Origin: Candidatus Velamenicoccus archaeovorus
GTDB lineage: Bacteria; Omnitrophota; Gorgyraeia; Velamenicoccales; Velamenicoccaceae
Direction of reading: 5' to 3'
Assembly (NCBI RefSeq): GCF_004102945.1
Contig: NZ_CP019384.1
Location: forward strand, 1,350,001-1,382,000
DNA length: 32,000 nucleotides
The notes under the pieces were generated by a model, which saw only the letters and a program-made list of their open reading frames with translations, did no database searches and was not told the origin of the DNA. This document shows, piece by piece, positions 1-7,019 of the stretch; positions within the stretch are counted from its first letter, which is position 1, and every line of letters starts with the position of its first letter. Made by a program: the position numbers and the translations under genes.

Positions 1-394
1 CGTGCCCCGTCACAAGGATCCCCTTGCCTGCCTTCGTTCCCGTTTCAACCTCGGCAGGACGGGGTTCGCCGAAACGCTTGACGTGCGCCTGATTCAATAA
101 CTCCATCACGCGCAGATTCATCCGGCCGCAGGTCAAAACCAAAGACAGGAATCGCTCGACATCGAAATCGACATTGGTCAACGTCGCGAACATGGCCTCG
201 TGCATAAAAGCGTCTATCTCGTCGTCTTTGGCTCCCAGCTCGCGGGCATGGTAGGCGTAGGCGCCGATGCCCTTTAAACCGAAAATCAAGGTATCCTGCA
301 AAGATGCAATGTCCTCATTCTTGCCGCAGACACCTTTAACCGTGCACCCCGTCCCGCCGGCTGTTTGTTCACACTGATAACAAAACATACTCAT
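1..394 (-). CDS. hcp: Hybrid-cluster protein / hydroxylamine reductase (Hcp), N-terminal ~131 codons; gene runs off the left edge
   Basis: Edge-truncated frame, absent from the ORF track. My reverse translation from ATG 394..392 reads MSMFCYQCEQTAGGTGCTVKGVCGKNEDIASLQDTLIFGLKGIGAYAYHARELG..., the hallmark Cys-rich Hcp N-terminus. GGAGG at 404..408, 9 nt upstream. Confidence 0.85.
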   Translation of the reverse strand, partial: MSMFCYQCEQTAGGTGCTVKGVCGKNEDIASLQDTLIFGLKGIGAYAYHARELGAKDDEIDAFMHEAMFATLTNVDFDVERFLSLVLTCGRMNLRVMELLNQAHVKRFGEPRPAEVETGTKAGKGILVTGH

Positions 395-444
395 GGCCTC
401 ACCCCTCCTGTTTAACCGCACCTCCGCCGGACACCGATGATTTT

Positions 445-1221
445 TTAGAAAATGCGGCGGCTATCGATATTGTCTTTCATCTCTCCTTCAATGCCCACAA
501 CAACATCCTCAACCGGTATATGGGCCCCTGCGCGGTCCATGGCCTCAGCCACGACCATCTTGAGACCCGAGCAGCACGGAACCTCCATGTGGACGATCGT
601 TAAAGACCGTATCTCGTTCTTCCGGAATATGAGCGCCAGTTTCTCGACATAAGCCTGCGCATCGTCCAGTTTGGGACAGGCGACCAGAAGGATTTTTCCA
701 AAAAGCAGGCTGCCGTGGAAATCCGGACAGCTGAACCCCGCGCAATCGGCCGCAAGCAGGATATCGGCGCCCCGCAGATAAGGCGCATTGACGGGGACAA
801 GCGCCAGCTGCACCGGCCAATTTGCCAGCGCCGAAGCAGCCTTTTCTTTTGCCCCACCGCCTGCCGCCGGGGCCTCTTTCTGCCGCAGGCGGCCTTTCAA
901 ATCGATAGCCCGGCTGGCCGGACAACCGTCAACAGCCTTTTGGGAGGCATCCGCACCACAAGCACAGCCTGCTTCCTGCGCCGCTGCCGGCTGTTCCTCA
1001 AGGGCTTCTGGTGGACGTTCAACCAAGCGGATGGCCCCTTGAGGACAATGGCCGAGACACGCGCCGAGGCCGTCGCAATAACGATCATTTACCAGTTTTA
1101 CCTTGCCGTTGACAAGCCTTAACGCCCCTTCGCGGCAATTCGGAATGCATCGGCCGCAGCCGTTGCACTTCTCTTCGTCGATCTCGATGATCTTCCTGAT
1201 TGTCCGTATCGCTGATCTCAT
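445..1221 (-). CDS. 4Fe-4S dicluster domain protein, Hcp-associated (FrdX-like)
   Basis: ORF 445..1251. Two ferredoxin motifs (CNGCGRCIPNC, CDGLGACLGHCP) plus a Cys-containing C-terminal domain (AADCAGF, VACPKLD, VPCCSG). I prefer the ATG at 1221 (MRSAIRT) because AAGGAG lies 8 nt upstream. It lies 50 nt upstream of hcp on the same strand. Confidence 0.8.
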   Translation of the reverse strand: MRSAIRTIRKIIEIDEEKCNGCGRCIPNCREGALRLVNGKVKLVNDRYCDGLGACLGHCPQGAIRLVERPPEALEEQPAAAQEAGCACGADASQKAVDGCPASRAIDLKGRLRQKEAPAAGGGAKEKAASALANWPVQLALVPVNAPYLRGADILLAADCAGFSCPDFHGSLLFGKILLVACPKLDDAQAYVEKLALIFRKNEIRSLTIVHMEVPCCSGLKMVVAEAMDRAGAHIPVEDVVVGIEGEMKDNIDSRRIF

Positions 1222-1273
1222 GGCCTCTTCTCCTTTCCAGGAAACAAGCATAACGCAGGAAGAAAAAAACGTC

Positions 1274-1289
1274 CTTGACTCAAGTCAAG
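1274..1289 (-). promoter_or_regulatory. Crp/Fnr-type operator: perfect 16-bp palindrome CTTGACTCAAGTCAAG (TTGAC-N4-GTCAA)
   Basis: Read directly. It lies between the Crp/Fnr regulator gene (stop at 1317) and the ferredoxin-hcp operon. The centre is ~60 nt upstream of ATG 1221. Half-site architecture matches the FNR family (TTGAT-N4-ATCAA). Confidence 0.55.
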
Positions 1290-1316
1290 TTTTCAAAATA
1301 TGAAAATAGGGGATGC

Positions 1317-2003
1317 TCAAAGCGGTTCGCCGCTGCTCAAGCGTTCGAGTTTGGATCGGTCCAGGAGGCGGACATGTTTTTTGCGGAGTTGGAGGATGCG
1401 GCGGAGGGACATCTTGCGGGCAATGCGGGAAAAGGTCTCGGGAACGATCCCAAGCCTGGCGGCCAGCTCATTCTTCCTGATATCCAGTTCAAACTGGTCA
1501 CTGTTACGCTGGACAGCCGTATCCAGAAAATATTTAGCCATCCGGGACGAAGCGCTTTTAAGGGACAACTCCTCGATGAGACTGTTGAAAAAACGGAGCT
1601 TCTCGCTCAAGGAAGCCAAGACAGACAGGGAAAGATCAAAATGCCTTCTCATCAAATCCAAAAACTGTCTCTTGGGAACATACAATAACTCGCTGTCCGT
1701 CAACGTTTCGGCAAAGGCCGGATATCTTTCAATCCCGCCGACAAGGACCGCTTCGGCGACGGAGCCGCCTTCGGAGATGACATGAAGGATCCTCTCTTCA
1801 CCGGAGACGGAAAGTTTATAGACCTTGACCCTGCCGTTGAGGACGACGAAGAATCCGGCGGCAGGCTCCCCTTCACGGAAGACCGTCTCGCCGGCGGCAA
1901 ACTTGCGCCGAATGGAAAAATTCCTGATGGCGCCCAGATAACGGGGGTCGATGCGGCAAAATAAAAAACATCTGTGGAGAGAAAGGCTATGAGATACGGC
2001 CAT
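1317..2003 (-). CDS. Crp/Fnr family transcriptional regulator (HcpR-like by context)
   Basis: ORF 1317..2027 starts with GTG; the first ATG is at 2003. cNMP-binding-like N-domain (GETVFREGEPAAGFFVVLNGRVKVY) and C-terminal HTH (ELAARLGIVPETFSRIARKM). Adjacent to hcp. Confidence 0.85.
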   Translation of the reverse strand: MAVSHSLSLHRCFLFCRIDPRYLGAIRNFSIRRKFAAGETVFREGEPAAGFFVVLNGRVKVYKLSVSGEERILHVISEGGSVAEAVLVGGIERYPAFAETLTDSELLYVPKRQFLDLMRRHFDLSLSVLASLSEKLRFFNSLIEELSLKSASSRMAKYFLDTAVQRNSDQFELDIRKNELAARLGIVPETFSRIARKMSLRRILQLRKKHVRLLDRSKLERLSSGEPL

Positions 2004-2106
2004 GCGATAAACTTTAAAATCCGACACGTGATTTGCAGCGGGGTCACAAGAAGGCGATTCCGAGCCCTCTTACGGTAACATTCGGAGACGGAGCTGTCAA
2101 AAAAAT

Positions 2107-2562
2107 TTACGCCGGGCCGGCCAGGCTGCTTTTGACCAAGTCGCTCACCGTCTTGTTATCGCAGCGGCCTCCGGTCCTGATCAGGACCTCCTTCATCACG
2201 CGGCCCATGTCTTTAAGCGATGAAGCCTGGGTCTCGGCCATCACGGCGCGAACGATCTTCTCCAGTTCCTGCGCGGACATCTCTTGAGGCAAATAGCCCT
2301 TGAGGATCTCCAGCTCTTTCTTCTCTTTATCGACTAGGTCCTGGCGTCCGCCCTTCTCAAACTGGGCGATGGATTCCTGACGCTGCTTGACGAGCTTTTT
2401 GATGACACCTATAACATCGGCGTCATCGAGCTTCTCGGTTCTCTTCTCGATAGCGCAGTATTTCATCTGCGAACGCAAAAAGCTGATCGTCTGCGTGCGC
2501 AGTTGGTCTTTGGTTTTCATGGCGTCCTTGAAATCGGCCATGATCTTATCTTCAAGTGTCAT
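2107..2562 (-). CDS. yqeY: GatB/YqeY domain protein
   Basis: 151 aa. MTLEDKIMADFKDAMKTKDQLRTQTISFLRSQMKY...LKGYLPQEMSAQELEKIV is the typical YqeY pattern. AGGAGG directly upstream. Confidence 0.85.
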   Translation of the reverse strand: MTLEDKIMADFKDAMKTKDQLRTQTISFLRSQMKYCAIEKRTEKLDDADVIGVIKKLVKQRQESIAQFEKGGRQDLVDKEKKELEILKGYLPQEMSAQELEKIVRAVMAETQASSLKDMGRVMKEVLIRTGGRCDNKTVSDLVKSSLAGPA

Positions 2563-2708
2563 ATCCCGCCTCCTGACCTTCTCTATCTAAAACCAGATCC
2601 TTGACGCCTACCTGAACAATATTCACAGGAAAACGTCAGGGATCTAATTCGGACGGATCATTTACGTTCACCTGCCGCGCCGCGGCGGTTCCGCAAATAA
2701 TGTCCTCA

Positions 2709-3314
2709 TTAAAAATACCACGACATGCCGACAAGATACATATTGGCGTTGATGCCGCCGTTCGGTTCCTTGATGGACGCATTGGACACATGACGCATCC
2801 TGTAGCCGACATTGACAGCTACATTATCCTTTATGAAATATGTCAGGCCTGCGCCGCCGGCCGAGGCGAAATTGAACTGCGTCGACTGTTCATAGGTGTG
2901 CAACGTCATATAGTACAACCCCGTTCCTCCCTCTATATAAGGATAGAGTTTCTTTGTCAGAGGATAGGAATAGCGCAAATAGAAACCCGCGCCCATTTCC
3001 GCGTTGTTCTCTGGTTGAAAGATGTTGCCTGCAAATATCTCATAGATCAGCTCCAGCATCCCCTTGGGTTCGAAGCCGAATTTTTTGGTGAACGGCTTGA
3101 GGTCAAAACCGAAGCGCACACCCAAAGGAATGGCCTGTTCGTCGTCTTGGTTCTTCAAGTCTGCCTGGATATAGCCGGTGAAGAAACCGATCTCCTGCAG
3201 CCACTTGCCGATGCCCTCCTGCGGTCTCTCGGCAAAGGCCGGAGTCACAAGGCAAGATAAGGCTAAAAGAACGATCAGACCCGCTACCGCAAAGCCACGT
3301 GCTGATTTTTTCAT
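2709..3314 (-). CDS. Acyloxyacyl hydrolase / lipid A 3-O-deacylase (PagL-like) outer-membrane beta-barrel
   Basis: ORF 2709..3362. Start moved to ATG 3314 (MKKSARGFAVAGLIVLLALS signal peptide, AAGGAG upstream). Alternating beta-strand pattern, HVSNAS (His-x-Ser-Asn catalytic motif of PagL) and a C-terminal WYF. Confidence 0.7.
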   Translation of the reverse strand: MKKSARGFAVAGLIVLLALSCLVTPAFAERPQEGIGKWLQEIGFFTGYIQADLKNQDDEQAIPLGVRFGFDLKPFTKKFGFEPKGMLELIYEIFAGNIFQPENNAEMGAGFYLRYSYPLTKKLYPYIEGGTGLYYMTLHTYEQSTQFNFASAGGAGLTYFIKDNVAVNVGYRMRHVSNASIKEPNGGINANMYLVGMSWYF

Positions 3315-3384
3315 GCCCTGCTCCTTTGTTAATGGGGCGTGTTTAAAAAGATCTATATCCACCGCACAAACGCGCGAAACTCCC

Positions 3385-3879
3385 TTAGGCGGACACCGTC
3401 TCTTTCGGCTTTTCCTGGAAACCCTCCGTCAGCATGTCCGCCACGGTCTGCGCCAACCACGGGCTTAGGGACGCCACCTCGATCTTCGTGGACCCTTCGT
3501 CCACCGGGGTAAAGAACAATCCCACCTGCGTCGTATCCACAAACCCGGCAAATTTCATTGCGGCCAGATAAGCGTCATTCTCGCCCCTCAGATAAATATT
3601 CGCGCCCTTGGCCTTGAGAATTTCATCGGCGCGCATAAAAGCATCATGCTTGGGCTTCTTGACAATAACGATCTTAGCGTCCGCGCGCGCCCGTTCCAGA
3701 TGGGTCATGGACGTTCCCCATACCTCTTTCCCGAATTCCTTGAGATGGGCGCATCCGCTGCACAGAACAACGGCGCTCAGGCAAAAAAAAGCGAAGCCCC
3801 GCCAGCACGTCCGCAGAAGAGACGAGGCAGCAGCTTCTTTTCTCTCGGTGCATGGCGAAATCCTGCACCAAACCTTCAT
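3385..3879 (-). CDS. Hypothetical lipoprotein
   Basis: ORF 3385..3969. Lipobox-like AVVLCSGC after a hydrophobic stretch. The start is uncertain: ATG 3879 gives a 43-aa pre-Cys leader and ATG 3969 gives 73 aa. No family recognised. Confidence 0.5.
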   Translation of the reverse strand: MKVWCRISPCTERKEAAASSLLRTCWRGFAFFCLSAVVLCSGCAHLKEFGKEVWGTSMTHLERARADAKIVIVKKPKHDAFMRADEILKAKGANIYLRGENDAYLAAMKFAGFVDTTQVGLFFTPVDEGSTKIEVASLSPWLAQTVADMLTEGFQEKPKETVSA

Positions 3880-4094
3880 CTCCAGACGAGAGTCCGGGGC
3901 TTTTTGGTGCAGGACAAGGGCCCCAAGCCCTTGCGATTTGTCCTGCACCCGTGTCCGACGCGTATTCATATCGTCCCGCTATAAGACCGTCCGCACCATT
4001 TCCTGAATAATATGCCTTTATTATATCTAATCTGATAAAAAAATCTACTTTAAAAATCTTTTCGCCGATGACACGGACGCAGGCATCCCGCCCT

Positions 4095-4122
4095 TTGATT
4101 TTATGGCGATATTGTCTATAAT
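4095..4122 (+). promoter_or_regulatory. Sigma70-type promoter TTGATT-N16-TATAAT, placed for a leaderless helicase mRNA
   Basis: -35 at 4095..4100 and a perfect -10 at 4117..4122. Only 6 nt (agcttt) separate it from ATG 4129, and there is no SD. Confidence 0.45.
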
Positions 4123-4128
4123 AGCTTT

Positions 4129-6036
4129 ATGATTTACGACCGCTTCCAACAAGAAGCCATCGATTTTATCAATCAAGGTTGCTCTGTCGTCGTCTCGGCG
4201 CCGACGGGCGCAGGAAAAACAGCTATTGCCGAGCATGTCATCACCGCCTCCATCGCCCAACAGAAAGGCGTCATCTACACGGCGCCCATCAAGGCCCTCT
4301 CCAACCAGAAATTCAGGGACTTTCGCCGGCTCTATGGAAGTGCCATCGGCATCGTGACCGGCGACATCTCCATCAATCCGCACGCGCCCGTCCTCATCAT
4401 GACGACGGAGATATTCCGCAACAGGATCCTCGACGACCCCGGATCGCTCAAACAATACTCCTGGGTCATTTACGACGAGATCCATTATATCGACAACCCC
4501 GAACGCGGCACCGTCTGGGAAGAATCCTTGATCCTCCTGCCGGAACACATGAATTTTCTCGGACTTTCCGCGACGATCCCCAATATCGACGCGTTTGCCT
4601 CCTGGCTCAAAACCATCCATCACAAAGACGTCAGGGTCGTCATCGAAAACAACCGGCCTGTCCCTCTTCATATCTTCTTCCAGTGCCACGACCGCGTCAC
4701 GGACAAAATTGACGCCTCTGCCTATCATCCCGGCAGACCCAACCGGCTCGACACCCTGATCGAACGCCTGGAATCCCAGGGAGGACTGCCGGCCATCTAT
4801 TTTGCCTTCAGCAGGAGAAAAACGGAAGAGTTGGCGTATGAATCGCGCGGCCACCGCTTTCTGGCGCCCGGGGAAGAAATGCGGATCTCAGAACTCTTTG
4901 ACTCCCTCTGCCGGAAATACGGTCTCCAGGATAATGCATCCGCCAAAGATATCTTCCCTCTCGTGCGGCGCGGCATCGCCTTCCATCACGCCGGGATGCT
5001 GCCGACGCTCAAGGAAATCATCGAACAGCTTTTCACCAGCCACCTTTTGAAACTCATCTTCACCACAGAGACGTTCGCCCTCGGCATCAACATGCCGAGC
5101 CGTTCGGTGATCTTCGACGATTTAAGAAAAATCTACGGCCGCTATGCCCGCAACCTCAAAACCAGGGATTTCTACCAGATGGCCGGCCGCGCCGGCCGGC
5201 GCGGCATGGATAAAGAGGGTTTCGTCTACTGCCGCGTCCATCCTGCCAAGATCAGGCCTGAAGAGGTCCGGCGCATCGTCTTCGGACGGCCGGAGGAAGT
5301 CAAAAGCCAGTTCAATACCTCCTACGCGACGCTCCTGAATCTTTTCGGGCAGCTCAAAGACAGGCTCCTGGACATCTACCCGCTCTCGTTCCACTTCTAT
5401 GGCTCGCGCAAGAATGAACAAAAAGAAGCCGCGCGGCTCCTGGCGGCAAAAATGAGCCTGCTCAAGGAGCTCGGCTTCATCAAAGACAGCGCCCTGACGG
5501 ACAAAGGGGATTTCGCCAAGGCGATCTACGGCTACGAGTTGATCATTTCCGAGCTCTACGACAAACGTATCCTGCAGTCTCTGGACGTCGCAAGCCTGGG
5601 GATGCTTGCGGCCGCGGCCGTCTTCGAGCCGAGAAAATACCAGCAACCTCCCGCCCGCCTGCCCCAAGGATGCCGTCAGATCAAACAGGCAAGCGACAAA
5701 CTCTACGAAGCCCTGCGGGCCAAAGAACAAAGATGCAGGATTTATCCCGTCTCAAAAAAACTCTGGTGGCACCTTTCGCCGGCGATGGAAGCATGGATGA
5801 AAGGCGAAGACTTCGGACGGGTGGCGACGCTGACGGATACGGACGAAGGAGAGATTGTCAGGTATTTCCGCATGGCCCTGCAGATCTTGAACGAGATGCG
5901 CGAGATCAAAAACCTGCCGACAGAGATGAAAGAAAAGATCGAAAAGGCCATCCGTCTCATCAACCGCAACGAAGTGGACGCGGAAAAACAAATAAATCTC
6001 CCCGTGCTCGCCCCGCCCGAGACAGGGCAGACCTGA
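4129..6036 (+). CDS. SF2 DEAD/DEAH-box helicase, Ski2/HelY-like with DSHCT-type C-terminus
   Basis: Walker A APTGAGKT, DEIH box, SAT (LSAT), motif VI QMAGRAGRRG. C-terminal DEGEIVRYFRMALQILNEM resembles the DSHCT domain. Confidence 0.9.
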   Translation: MIYDRFQQEAIDFINQGCSVVVSAPTGAGKTAIAEHVITASIAQQKGVIYTAPIKALSNQKFRDFRRLYGSAIGIVTGDISINPHAPVLIMTTEIFRNRILDDPGSLKQYSWVIYDEIHYIDNPERGTVWEESLILLPEHMNFLGLSATIPNIDAFASWLKTIHHKDVRVVIENNRPVPLHIFFQCHDRVTDKIDASAYHPGRPNRLDTLIERLESQGGLPAIYFAFSRRKTEELAYESRGHRFLAPGEEMRISELFDSLCRKYGLQDNASAKDIFPLVRRGIAFHHAGMLPTLKEIIEQLFTSHLLKLIFTTETFALGINMPSRSVIFDDLRKIYGRYARNLKTRDFYQMAGRAGRRGMDKEGFVYCRVHPAKIRPEEVRRIVFGRPEEVKSQFNTSYATLLNLFGQLKDRLLDIYPLSFHFYGSRKNEQKEAARLLAAKMSLLKELGFIKDSALTDKGDFAKAIYGYELIISELYDKRILQSLDVASLGMLAAAAVFEPRKYQQPPARLPQGCRQIKQASDKLYEALRAKEQRCRIYPVSKKLWWHLSPAMEAWMKGEDFGRVATLTDTDEGEIVRYFRMALQILNEMREIKNLPTEMKEKIEKAIRLINRNEVDAEKQINLPVLAPPETGQT

Positions 6037-6125
6037 GGTTTCTTTCCTGGATGACCCCGCATTCTGCGGCTCGATTACGGGAAGGATAAACGGCACAGTC
6101 AAAGTCTGGATCCGGCCATGAAGCC

Positions 6126-7019
6126 TTAACGAATCTCCGCCTGATCCCCGACAGCAATCTTGTTGCGATCGGCAAACCCGGCGTTGGCTTCAAGAACATA
6201 TCTGGCGGGGCGACTGTTGCTAAAAACGGGCGGCTGGCCTGGGCCGGAAGGCTCGACATTGCGTGCCATATCGACGATCCTGCCTGAAGAATCCATCCAG
6301 ATAACATCCAGCGGGATCCTCGTGTTCTTCATCCAGAACCCCCATATGCCTTCCTGAGAAAAAACAAAAAGCATCCCGCGGTCCTGCGGCAGAAAACGCC
6401 GGTACATCAGGCCTTTTTGCCTTGCGGCATCGGTGTCAGCCACCTCCACGCGCAGACAAACGCTGGGCCCAAAACACACCTGCGGTGAAGCTTGTCTTTG
6501 GGCCGCGAACAACACAAGACTGCAAACCGCCAGAAAACCTATCAACGCCCAGAGAAGGCGGCGCTTCATGGACATCCGGGGGGTAACAGGATGGGGCGAC
6601 GTCCCGTGCCGGCGAGCGATCACCCGCACAAGGGTATTGATCAGATGCTCGGCCTTGTAAAAATTACTCGATTTGTCAAAAAACCCGTTGACGCCGAGCT
6701 TGTAGGCGTCCACGCTCATCTCTTCCTCGCCGAACGCCGAAAGCATGACCACAGGAAGCCGGTCATCCACTTCCCTGATCGCCCTCAGCGTCTCGATACC
6801 CTCCTGACGGGGCATCTGCAGATTGAGGAAAACGATCCCCGGTTTCTTGCTCTTGATCATTTCAATGGCCTCGGCGCCGGACATAAGGGCCTCGATACGG
6901 TACCCCTGAGAGGTAAACCAGTACCTGATCGAATCGAGAAAATCCTTCTCATCGTCGACGATCATGATGTAAAAGTCGCTCTTGGAATCCTGGGGCTGAT
7001 TCATCGGCTTATTGGACAT
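6126..7019 (-). CDS. Receiver (REC) domain - transmembrane helix - DUF192 fusion protein; phospho-acceptor position is Asn
   Basis: 297 aa. Residues ~17-137 are REC (IVDDEKD, VVMLSAF, FFDK). Residues 152-173 are TM (RRLLWALIGFLAVCSLVLFAA). The C-terminus is DUF192 (RQKGLMYRRFLPQDRGMLFVF, FWMKNTRIPLDVIWMD, RYVLEANAG). GGAGGG SD 8 nt upstream. It overlaps the kinase gene by 11 nt. Confidence 0.85.
   Translation of the reverse strand: MSNKPMNQPQDSKSDFYIMIVDDEKDFLDSIRYWFTSQGYRIEALMSGAEAIEMIKSKKPGIVFLNLQMPRQEGIETLRAIREVDDRLPVVMLSAFGEEEMSVDAYKLGVNGFFDKSSNFYKAEHLINTLVRVIARRHGTSPHPVTPRMSMKRRLLWALIGFLAVCSLVLFAAQRQASPQVCFGPSVCLRVEVADTDAARQKGLMYRRFLPQDRGMLFVFSQEGIWGFWMKNTRIPLDVIWMDSSGRIVDMARNVEPSGPGQPPVFSNSRPARYVLEANAGFADRNKIAVGDQAEIR

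Noticed and set aside
4045-4854. 269-aa minus-strand ORF
   Set aside because: It is antisense to the helicase gene, which carries all SF2 motifs. There is no recognisable domain. Shadow ORF.
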